Assembly (NCBI RefSeq): GCF_000018105.1
Contig: NC_009925.1
Coordinates: 660,001-692,000, forward strand
Direction: 5' to 3'
Length of the DNA: 32,000 nt
Source of the DNA: Acaryochloris marina MBIC11017
Lineage (GTDB): Bacteria > Cyanobacteriota > Cyanobacteriia > Thermosynechococcales > Thermosynechococcaceae
Positions within the stretch are counted from its first letter, which is position 1, and each line of letters opens with the position of its first letter. The notes under the pieces were generated by a model, which made no database searches, was not told the DNA's origin, and saw only the letters and a list, made by a program, of their open reading frames with translations. This document shows, in pieces, positions 8,565-15,788 of the stretch. The position numbers were made by a program, and so were the translations under genes.

Positions 8565-8686
8565 TCATTAGACCTCTTGCAATATTCGTTTCATGATGTG
8601 CTACTTACGCAAAAAATGTCGCGATCTGACTCGAATTTTAAGTCCCCTACCATATCGTTAGTTGAATTATGCAAGAGGTCTATTGA
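8565..8686. repeat. MITE-like 122-bp element bounded by 23-bp imperfect inverted repeats
   Basis: The arm TCATTAGACCTCTTGCAATATTC (8565-8587) matches the reverse complement of 8664-8686 (TCAATAGACCTCTTGCATAATTC) at 20/23 positions. The core is 13 bp and perfect: TAGACCTCTTGCA at 8569-8581 against TGCAAGAGGTCTA at 8670-8682. There is no long ORF inside. Confidence 0.5.
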
Positions 8687-8702
8687 TTAAAATTGGGTAG
8701 TC

Positions 8703-9095
8703 CTAGTCCTGTAAGGATGCATTGTAGTGATGGACAAACATCCAGATTGCTCCAATATGATTCTCTAGCTTTTTCGAAAACGACAGTGTCTTTCGAACTA
8801 ACCGAGACACTCGCTGGCGCATGGTGCAATTAAATCGTTCAATGTAGCAGGTTTGGCCTGTTTCCTTGCCCACAGCTTGATGTCGTTGTTTGGGGAAAAC
8901 ACAGCCGTAGGCATCCCAAAAATCCGTGTAGGCAACCGCACATTGACGATAGATTCCTGGCAAGGAATTCCATAGCTGACGAGCACCTTGCTTGGAGCGT
9001 GCCCCCACATAAACACCGACTATCTCACGCGTGATGACATCAAGAGCAAGCCATATCCACTGTTTATTGCTCTTATCGTTCACAAATGACCACAT
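8703..9095 (-). CDS. insB: IS1-family InsB (DDE catalytic part); normally expressed as an InsAB fusion
   Basis: MWSFVNDKSNKQWIWLALDVITREIVGVYVG...YTDFWDAY...IERFNCTMRQR. The same frame is open upstream, reading GRLTLQCDE before MWSFV. It lies +1 relative to insA. Confidence 0.8.
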   Translation of the reverse strand: MWSFVNDKSNKQWIWLALDVITREIVGVYVGARSKQGARQLWNSLPGIYRQCAVAYTDFWDAYGCVFPKQRHQAVGKETGQTCYIERFNCTMRQRVSRLVRKTLSFSKKLENHIGAIWMFVHHYNASLQD

Positions 9096-9099
9096 TTCA

Positions 9100-9417
9100 T
9101 CACATTGAAGAGTTAATCGGCCTTTTTTTTGATGATATGTTCACAGTACGAGGCACTGCTTCATACTTACAGTTCACGTACTCTTGTAACCAGCTTTCAG
9201 AAACATCACAGACCCTGGCAATACCTGCCAGAGGTATCTTTTCAAGCAATAGCTTATCGATCAGGCCTTTAGTGGATGAATCAATTCGCTTTTGCTGAGG
9301 AGCTTCCACAAACTGACGACCACAGGTTTTACATTTGTGGTTTTGCTTGCCATTATGGATTCGACCGTTTTTGACAACGTTTTGAGAACGACAGTTAGGG
9401 CAGGTCAATGTCGACAT
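9100..9417 (-). CDS. insA: IS1-family InsA (zinc-finger/HTH)
   Basis: MSTLTCPNCRSQNVVKNGRIHNGKQNHKCKTCGRQF... The ATG at 9417 is preferred because the track start at 9489 lies outside the IS end (9474). The ORF ends just after an A8 run (9123-9130 on the plus strand as T8). Confidence 0.8.
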   Translation of the reverse strand: MSTLTCPNCRSQNVVKNGRIHNGKQNHKCKTCGRQFVEAPQQKRIDSSTKGLIDKLLLEKIPLAGIARVCDVSESWLQEYVNCKYEAVPRTVNISSKKRPINSSM

Positions 9418-9510
9418 TTGTGATGCTGGATTTTGGATGTTGGATATATCTATCCTTACATCTGGCGGACTACCTAAAATTGATATCAAGTCTTAGGAGT
9501 CATCTATTAT

Positions 9511-9744
9511 ATGGCTAGCATCACTATTCGAAATTTAGATGAGGATGTCAAAACAAAATTGCATGTACAGGTAGCCCAGAACAATCGCTCCATGGAGGAA
9601 GAGGCTCGTATCATTCTGCGACAGGCTTTAGCTCAAGCCGAGCCTAATATTGCTGATTTGGCACTGTAATTATTTGGTCAAGACAATGGTGTGGAGTTAG
9701 AGGCCCATCCTGCTGTCCTGCCACGAGAACTAGAGCTTGAATGA
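9511..9744 (+). pseudogene. vapB/FitA-like RHH antitoxin with an in-frame TAA at codon 53
   Basis: MASITIRNLDEDVKTKLHVQVAQNNRSMEEEARIILRQALAQAEPNIADLAL, then TAA (9667-9669). The same frame continues as LFGQDNGVELEAHPAVLPRELELE to a TGA (9742-9744) that overlaps the vapC ATG (9741) as ATGA. That is the classic coupled arrangement of a 77-codon ancestor. Confidence 0.75.
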
Positions 9745-10184
9745 TCATTCTCGATACAAATGTGGTTTCAGAACTGATGAAGTCAGCTCCATCTTCACAG
9801 GTACTGAACTGGATGCGCGATCAAGATCAAAGGGATCTGGCGGTAACGGTGATTACCTTGGCGGAAATTTATTGTGGGTTAGGTCGATTGCCTGAGGGCA
9901 GAAGGCGAGCAAATTTACATCGTAGATTTGAAACATTTATCGATACAGGTTTTCAAGATCGACTATTGAGTTTTGAGCCTCAAGCAGCTGTGGCATACGG
10001 TAAGTTGTGTAATACTCGTTTGCAGCAGGGTTTGCATGCGGATGCTTTCGATATGATGATTGTTGCGATTTCACAGGTGTATTGCTGTGCGATGACCAAA
10101 GGTCGGTCGTAGACCATCGCAACTCGTAACACAGGTGATTTTCATAATAGCTCCTTGATATTACTTAACCCTTTTGACGCATAG
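9741..10184 (+). pseudogene. vapC/FitB-like PIN toxin with an in-frame TAG before the C-terminal TRN..DF motif
   Basis: MIILDTNVVSELMK...LAEIY...DAFDMMIVAISQVY..., then TAG at 10110-10112. The same frame continues TIATRNTGDFHNSSLILLNPFDA to TAG 10182-10184. The PIN C-terminal motif therefore lies after the stop. Confidence 0.75.
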
Positions 10185-10303
10185 GGAACAACACTTCGTA
10201 AGACTCCCTGGGATGAGAACAGCCAGAAAGGCACTATTGCCTAGATCACAGATTGGTACAACCTGGGTGTTACCATAAGAGTGGTTGTGATAGTGGATAT
10301 TTG

Positions 10304-10516
10304 ATGAAGCGCACGATTCATTTTCCAGATGACTTAGCGAAGCAAATGGAAGCTTATCTAAAGGAGCATCCTGAAGAAACATGGTCAGGATTTGTACAAA
10401 AGGCCATTCAACAATCATTGCACCGCCAGGAAACGTCGCGATTGCGAGCACTTGTGGGTATTTTGGACGAAAATGCCCCCTCAGATCTATCCACAAATGA
10501 GGATGCGTATCATTAG
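10304..10516 (+). CDS. RHH/CopG-type antitoxin (VapB-like)
   Basis: MKRTIHFPDDLAKQMEAYLKEHPEETWSGFVQKAIQQSL... An internal ATG of track ORF 10253..10516 is preferred as the start. Its stop is immediately followed by the PIN gene ATG at 10517. Confidence 0.7.
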   Translation: MKRTIHFPDDLAKQMEAYLKEHPEETWSGFVQKAIQQSLHRQETSRLRALVGILDENAPSDLSTNEDAYH

Positions 10517-10921
10517 ATGCCTCGACTGGTTGTAGATGCTGGCCCTTTGATTGCTGTCTTTCATCGACAAGATACTCAGCACCACTACTGTGTGGAGCGC
10601 TTAGAGTTTCTGATTGAACACCAATATAGTTTGATAACGACTCTACCTGTCCTCTGTGAAGTACACAAGTTGATCCAGCGTTACGCTAGTGCGATCACGG
10701 CCCAGAAAGCGTTATTTGAATTATGGGAGGCTTTGGACATTCAGACTTTGGAAGACACTGGTATTCAAGACGCCATAACGTTAGTGGTGGCTACGCCAGG
10801 ATGGCAAGGAACGCTACAGGATGCGTCTATTGTGGTCACTGCAAGGTGTTTAAATATTGAAGTTTGGACGCTAGATTACCGTGATTTCAGTCGATTTCAG
10901 GATCTTAAGTTGTGGAACTAA
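10517..10921 (+). CDS. PIN-domain toxin (VapC-like)
   Basis: 134 aa: MPRLVVDAGPLIAVF..., LPVLCEVHKL, LQDASIVVTA, WTLDYRDF. The spacing of acidic residues is PIN-like, and it sits directly behind an RHH gene. Confidence 0.75.
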   Translation: MPRLVVDAGPLIAVFHRQDTQHHYCVERLEFLIEHQYSLITTLPVLCEVHKLIQRYASAITAQKALFELWEALDIQTLEDTGIQDAITLVVATPGWQGTLQDASIVVTARCLNIEVWTLDYRDFSRFQDLKLWN

Positions 10922-10949
10922 CGCTTGACCATGGTTAAATTTTTCGTAA

Positions 10950-11021
10950 ACTATCGCAACTCGAAACACGAAGGATTTTGAAGGCTGCTCGATGAAAATC
11001 GTCAACCCCTTTGCAAAGTAG
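10950..11021 (+). pseudogene. Fossil 3' end of a vapC gene (last 23 codons only)
   Basis: Translates as TIATRNTKDFEGCSMKIVNPFAK plus stop, preceded by an in-frame TAA at 10947-10949. By my count it matches 10113-10184 at 47/72 nt overall, and at 20 of the first 23 nt. Confidence 0.6.
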
Positions 11022-11047
11022 AGAATGATGATTAAAATTGCTTGAGA

Positions 11048-11119
11048 AGCGGATGATCGGACTCGAACCGACGACATTCAGCTTGGGAAGCTGACGTTCT
11101 ACCACTGAACTACATCCGC
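11048..11119 (-). tRNA. tRNA-Gly (anticodon CCC), 72 nt, CCA not encoded
   Basis: Folded by hand as GCGGATG TA GTTC AGTGGTA GAAC G TCAGC TTCCCAA GCTGA ATGTC GTCGG TTCGAGT CCGAT CATCCGC T. The acceptor stem is 7 bp and perfect, the D, anticodon and T stems all pair, the T-loop is TTCGAGT, and the anticodon loop is TT-CCC-AA. Confidence 0.92.
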
Positions 11120-11211
11120 AGAACGTGAATAATAAGATAGCATCCAACCCTGACTCCTCATGCGAACTATAGATTTAGTCAAGAAGTGAGCGGAGAGGCT
11201 ATCTATTTTAT

Positions 11212-11239
11212 CATTTAGCTTGGGAGGCTTCTACCACTG
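11212..11239 (-). pseudogene. Partial tRNA-Gly-like fragment (D-arm to anticodon arm)
   Basis: On the plus strand, CATTTAGCTTGGGAGGCTTCTACCACTG aligns to tRNA positions 11074-11106, CATTCAGCTTGGGAAGCTGACGTTCTACCACTG. There are 26 matches, 2 substitutions and one 5-nt gap. The CCC anticodon triplet is retained. Confidence 0.6.
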
Positions 11240-11289
11240 CTTTAATCTCGGGATATTAGTATCCCCCATGGATCAACTCTCCCATGACC

Positions 11290-11754
11290 TTAAGCAGCAG
11301 TACATTCTGCGATCGCACGATCCATAAACGCTTGCCAATGGGGAATAGGCTGCCAGATTTGCAATAACGCCGGTTGAGCCTCTTCAGGTGCCATTTGTAG
11401 TCGCAGAACTCGATACAGATACATAAAAGCTGAGACCCGCATATTTTTGGCGCAGTGGACAAACACCTGATCATGGGAGCGCTGATCCATCACTTCAAAA
11501 AAACGGGTTAAATCCTCCAGGGTCGGTTCTTCCCAATCCACTGGAATATGGACATATTCCATGCCTAGCTGAGCAACGATCTCTCCTTCTTTCGGAATGG
11601 CATCTGTCGAATTGACCAGGGCCAAATTAACAATGCTTTGGTAACCCGCAGCTTGAATGTCCTTAAATTGAGCCGCCGTGGGTTGCCCCGCAGTTCCAAC
11701 CCGATCAGATAACCCTAAGAAAGCCTGAATTTGCTCTAGATCTTCATCAGCCAT
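11290..11754 (-). CDS. Protein-tyrosine-phosphatase-like / DUF442-type protein
   Basis: 154 aa. GTAGQPTAAQFKDIQAAGYQSIVNL together with the VHCAKNMRVS Cys-Arg loop resembles the phosphatase-like DUF442 family. Confidence 0.6.
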   Translation of the reverse strand: MADEDLEQIQAFLGLSDRVGTAGQPTAAQFKDIQAAGYQSIVNLALVNSTDAIPKEGEIVAQLGMEYVHIPVDWEEPTLEDLTRFFEVMDQRSHDQVFVHCAKNMRVSAFMYLYRVLRLQMAPEEAQPALLQIWQPIPHWQAFMDRAIAECTAA

Positions 11755-11988
11755 AAGTTCCTTCCTGAAAAGAAAATCCGTAGTTCTGCATAGATTTAGC
11801 CTACAAGATTCATCAGAGGAGTGCAGATTCCAGGCATTATCCGTACAACTGCTTACCCTCCCCGCTGCTATAAAGGAATGCTTACAGAAATGACAAATTC
11901 CTCAAAGGCTTAGAATTCGGTGTTCCTCCTGAATACAAGCCCTTGGCCCTCGCCTTAGGCTAAGGACAGCCCTAGAGGAGGACCTGTT

Positions 11989-12132
11989 ATGACCGTTCGT
12001 TGGCGACAACTACTCGTAAGTTTGTCCTTATGGCTTTTGGCTGAACTCGTGCTTAACTGGGTTGGTATTGATGACCTCGTTGACTACAGCGAATATTTAT
12101 TTGAACGTCAGGCCATCGTCTTTTACGTATAG
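11989..12132 (+). CDS. Small hypothetical membrane protein (47 aa)
   Basis: MTVRWRQLLVSLSLWLLAELVLNWVGIDDLVDYSEYLFERQAIVFYV. A strong GAGGAGG lies 7 nt upstream of the ATG. It has one hydrophobic helix and is below the track cutoff. Confidence 0.4.
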   Translation: MTVRWRQLLVSLSLWLLAELVLNWVGIDDLVDYSEYLFERQAIVFYV

Positions 12133-12193
12133 GGCATAAAGCGATCTTGGCTTGGAGTGCGCTCAACCCAGCCATTTCTGTACCACGCACAAG

Positions 12194-12853
12194 CTAAAGG
12201 CCAGGTTCAACAGACCGTAATTCGTCCATATCTAATTTTTTCAGCGCCTCATAGGCTTCTTTAATCTTTCCTTGTCCCCGCAGGAAGCCAGTATTGGCTC
12301 CAGGGCAGATAAATTGCAAAGTATCTTGGGTAAATTGATCAAGGAGGCTTTGGACGCTAGTGATCTGTCGAGGCCAGTGGAAGGTCTTCGCCGTTCTTAA
12401 GGGCAAAGGTTGTCCGTGTTGATTTGGCAATATATGACGGCCTGTGAACAAAACTCCGCCCCAAGCCTGATAATGGAGACAGGAGGACCCTGGAGAGAAC
12501 CCTGGTGTCCAAAGAAGCAGACAGTGAGGTGTGATTTCTTCTCGTTCCCTAAAAGTTGTGACCTTTAAGTCCGGGAGTAAGTAAGCTTCCTGTTCTTGGA
12601 TGACCAACTGACAGGCGAACATTTCTTGAATGTGACGAACCTGTTGGCTAATGCCTTGGCGATGGGTAAAGATGAACCAATCAACCCCCCCCTGTTCCTT
12701 CAGAAATAATTTTGTATGATCAGTCCAGGGTGGACAGTCCACAAGGATATTGCCGTCATTTTCTACAATAAGATAAGCGGTGCCCCCGAGCGTCTCACGA
12801 TTGGGAGGAAACCCATAAACAGACTCTAAAACCTGTCGTGGTTCTTTACTCAC
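12194..12853 (-). CDS. MBL-fold-like hydrolase family protein
   Basis: Track ORF 12194..12958. The conserved part starts near ...PRQVLESVYGFPPNRETLGGTAYLIVENDGNILVDCPPW. A GTG at 12853 would remove the 57-bp head-to-head overlap with the next gene. The canonical HxHxDH site reads FTHRQG, so it looks degenerate. Confidence 0.6.
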   Translation of the reverse strand: MSKEPRQVLESVYGFPPNRETLGGTAYLIVENDGNILVDCPPWTDHTKLFLKEQGGVDWFIFTHRQGISQQVRHIQEMFACQLVIQEQEAYLLPDLKVTTFREREEITPHCLLLWTPGFSPGSSCLHYQAWGGVLFTGRHILPNQHGQPLPLRTAKTFHWPRQITSVQSLLDQFTQDTLQFICPGANTGFLRGQGKIKEAYEALKKLDMDELRSVEPGL

Positions 12854-12901
12854 AGTAAGTCCCTTCCCTGGTGTCTTTGTCCCCGAGAATAACCTTTTTG
12901 C

Positions 12902-14434
12902 ATGATTTGGATTTCCCTCTCTATCTTTGGACTGGTCCTGTATTTTATCGTTCATCACAGTGTTTCTCGGACCACAAATACCCCTACGTGGCTGCTGTGG
13001 CTAGTGTTGATGATTCCAGCTTTAGTGGCTGGCGGTTGGGCTGCCGTCTATGGTGCGGATGTTAAACCACCGCCTCGACTGTGGATTCCCAGTACCATTT
13101 TTGCCCTGATTTCCTATCTATATTTAGCCCGCCCCAATAAACGCAAGCCTGCCCCTCAATCCTCAGAAGCCCAAAATACCGAACCTGAGAATAGCCAGTC
13201 CGCTGAGGATTCTCCGAACAGGGAAGAGAAGCCCCCTAAGCCCATAGCAGCGGCGAATCTGTTAACCAAAGGCGAAGAGAGTCAACTCCAAAATTGCTTT
13301 CCCTGGTCTATTTTTTACTTGCAAAACGTGGACTATCGCCCCCAAGTCGTCATCTGCCGGGGCCAGTTGCGATCGCAACCGGAAAAAGCCTATCAAACCA
13401 TCCGCGAAAACATCAAAACCCAGTTTGGCGATCGGTTTTTGGTGGTCTTTCAGGATGGGGCCATGAATAAGCCCTTTTTTATCCTGGTTCCCAATCCCCA
13501 AACCCAAGAAAAAGAAAAGCGGCGCGGCCCCGTCAGTCGACCGGGATTGGCCTTAGGTCTATTCTTCTCCACCCTATTAACGACCACATTAGCCGGATTA
13601 AATTTTAGTGTCCCAGACCTGACGCGCCAACTGCTCCGGGACCAGCCGCAACTGATTCTGCAGGGCTTACCCTATGCGTTGGCCTTGATGGCCATCTTAG
13701 GGATTCATGAACTAGGCCATTACTTTACCGCCCGGCGATACCGGATCAAAGCGACCCTGCCCTACTTTATCCCTGTGCCCATTAGCTTTTTCCCCATCGG
13801 TACCTTAGGGGCCTTTATTCAGCAACGGTCTCCCGTCCCCAATCGCAAAGCGCTGTTTGATGTGGGAATTGCGGGACCTCTAGCGGGACTGATGGTGACA
13901 ATTCCCGTTTTATTTTGGGGGCTGATGAACTCGACGGTGGTGACCATCCCCGACAAGATTGAAGGCTTGCCCTTTGATGCCATGAATCCCACTTCTTCGA
14001 TATTACTGTCCTTGTTCAGCAAATTGGCCATGGGGAGTGCATTGACTTTGGATAAGGGGATTGATTTGCATCCCGTTGCGATCGCAGGTTGGATCGGTAT
14101 TATTGCCACCGCCCTGAACCTGATGCCCATTGGGCAACTGGATGGTGGCCATATCGTCCATGCCATGTTTGGTCAGCGGAACGGGGCCATCATCGGTCAA
14201 ATCGCTCGATTGTTGGTGTTATTTCTTGCCTTTATCCAGCCCCCACTGCTGATCTGGGCCATTATTCTGTTATTTATGCCCACGGTGGATCAGCCAGCCT
14301 TAAATGATGTCAGTGAGCTGGACAATAAGCGGGACCTGCTGGGGCTAATTTCCCTGGGCATTTTAGTGTTGATTATTCTGCCCTTGCCCCATAGTGTGGC
14401 CCATCTCCTTTTTGCCGCAAACCCAATTCCATAG
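12902..14434 (+). CDS. Site-2 protease family (M50) membrane metalloprotease
   Basis: 510 aa and polytopic. It carries HELGHYF (HExxH) and NLMPIGQLDGGH (the LDG motif). Confidence 0.85.
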   Translation: MIWISLSIFGLVLYFIVHHSVSRTTNTPTWLLWLVLMIPALVAGGWAAVYGADVKPPPRLWIPSTIFALISYLYLARPNKRKPAPQSSEAQNTEPENSQSAEDSPNREEKPPKPIAAANLLTKGEESQLQNCFPWSIFYLQNVDYRPQVVICRGQLRSQPEKAYQTIRENIKTQFGDRFLVVFQDGAMNKPFFILVPNPQTQEKEKRRGPVSRPGLALGLFFSTLLTTTLAGLNFSVPDLTRQLLRDQPQLILQGLPYALALMAILGIHELGHYFTARRYRIKATLPYFIPVPISFFPIGTLGAFIQQRSPVPNRKALFDVGIAGPLAGLMVTIPVLFWGLMNSTVVTIPDKIEGLPFDAMNPTSSILLSLFSKLAMGSALTLDKGIDLHPVAIAGWIGIIATALNLMPIGQLDGGHIVHAMFGQRNGAIIGQIARLLVLFLAFIQPPLLIWAIILLFMPTVDQPALNDVSELDNKRDLLGLISLGILVLIILPLPHSVAHLLFAANPIP

Positions 14435-14824
14435 GGGATGGGTACTCCCTTGCACTCGAATCCGCATCACCTGTTGGCTAAGGCGCTGGTACTCAGGTGC
14501 AGGAATGCCCCAGAGAATGACTCGACTTTGCCACAGCAGGACCGCAAAAGTCGTCCCCAGACAGATGCCGACACCGATTGCCGCCAGTCGATTAAAGGCA
14601 AAGGCATAGCGGACCGCAGCCCAGGTAAAGTATTCAAACCACAGTTGAATAGACTCTCTCAAGCTCCATAGACTGACGCTACCCACTGTCAGCCATAACC
14701 CCCCGACAACGAGCCAACGGGTATAGAGAGTCAGTTGGAATAACCGCTGTATTTCAGCTTGTAGTTGAGGATCTGAGTTCCGCTCTGGAACAGCACCGTC
14801 TGAACGTCCAGGGGGTTGACTCAT
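14363..14824 (-). CDS. Conserved hypothetical membrane protein downstream of secF
   Basis: The internal ATG at 14824 (MSQPPGRSDG...) lies 4 nt after the secF stop. The longer track ORF (to 14944) would overlap secF. Two or three hydrophobic helices are visible. Confidence 0.55.
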   Translation of the reverse strand: MSQPPGRSDGAVPERNSDPQLQAEIQRLFQLTLYTRWLVVGGLWLTVGSVSLWSLRESIQLWFEYFTWAAVRYAFAFNRLAAIGVGICLGTTFAVLLWQSRVILWGIPAPEYQRLSQQVMRIRVQGSTHPLWNWVCGKKEMGHTMGQGQNNQH

Positions 14825-14828
14825 AGGG

Positions 14829-15788
14829 CTAAATTTCTTCTGGGCTGGAATCCATCGTATTGTAACCGCCGCGCTCCTGGCGTTGACGCCACCAGGCCAA
14901 CAAGGTACTGGCAATAAAAATACTGGAATAGGCCCCTGCCGCAAATCCGACGATCAGCGTTAGAGCAAAATCCTTTAAGGTTTCCCCACCAAAGATATAG
15001 ATACCGATCAGCGGTAACCCCGTCGTTAGGGAGGTGTTGATGGATCGGCCTAAGGTCTGGTTAACGGCAATATCGACGGTTTCACTAATCGAGCGCTTCG
15101 CTCCATATTTGAGGTTTTCCCGAACGCGATCGTAAATGACCACCGTGTCGTTGACTGAGAAACCAATAATAGTCAATAGACCCACAATAAACAGGCTGTT
15201 AACCTCTACCCCTCGGGTTAACCCCAAAATAGAGAAAAAACCCATAGTAACGAGGACATCGTGGAACAAAGCCACAATGGCAAACAGGGCATAGTCAAAC
15301 TGGAAGCGGACACTGACATAAACAATGATGGCCGCAAAGGACACGATCAGCGCTAATAAGCCCGATGCCAGTAATTGTTTTCCTAAGGTTGGACCGACCG
15401 TATCAATTTGAGATTTCTCGACATCCAGCTGGCCCAATTTAGCAGTGAGGGCTTCTGTCAGTTTCGTCCGTTCTTCTTGGTTTAAATCTTTGGTGCGAAT
15501 TGCTACCCCTTGGGCATTTTGGCCAATCACCTGCACATTGCTTTCCGCCAGCTTCTGTTCATCTAGAATCTGGCGAACCTCTGCAATCTGGATGGGGGTT
15601 TTGCAGTTGTCAGGTTTGCTACAGTCTCGCTCTAGCTGTAGGCGAGTACCACCGGTAAAGTCGAGGCCGGGCTTAAGGGGAGCCTGATATTGATTCCAGG
15701 ACAGAGCCATGGAAATAACCCCCGCTAGGATCAAAGCTGCGGAGATGGTCCACCAGAGTCCCCGTTGCTGATTCAGATTCAACTTCAT
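14829..15788 (-). CDS. secF: Protein translocase subunit SecF
   Basis: 319 aa. Contains GLDFTGGT and [17 protein letters not shown]. Its start overlaps the secD stop by 4 nt. Confidence 0.92.

Larger units (their letters stand above)
8696..9474 (-). mobile_element. IS1-family insertion sequence (779 bp) with an 8-bp target-site duplication
   Basis: The left end reads GGTAGTCCTAGTCCTGTAAGGAT from 8696. The right end, reverse complemented from 9474, reads GGTAGTCCGCCAGATGTAAGGAT. They share GGTAGTCC-N7-GTAAGGAT. The flanks are TAAAATTG at 8688-8695 and 9475-9482. The size and the 8-bp DR fit IS1. Confidence 0.88.

Noticed and set aside
10161-10496. 111-aa minus-strand ORF
   Set aside because: It is antisense to the RHH antitoxin gene and to the vapC tail. 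It has no recognisable features, and the TA genes explain the region.
11029-11040. The 12-mer TGATTAAAATTG next to the tRNA is identical to the IS1 target region at 8684-8695
   Set aside because: In a 32-kb window dozens of exact 12-mer coincidences are expected by chance. The similarity does not extend on either side.
11134-11204. ACTCCTCA (resembling the Yfr1 sRNA core ACUCCUCACAC) at about 11146, flanked by AGATAGC...GCTATCT pairing
   Set aside because: Only 8 of 11 core bases match. The two flanking stem-loops typical of Yfr1 are absent, and there is no clear terminator.
11250-11265. Hairpin GGGATA-TTAG-TATCCC 24 nt downstream of the phosphatase-like gene
   Set aside because: The stem is short and no U-tract follows on the minus strand. 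That is too weak to call a terminator.
14825-14944. N-terminal extension of track ORF 14363..14944
   Set aside because: It would overlap the end of secF by 116 nt. The internal ATG at 14824, 4 nt after the secF stop, is a far better start.
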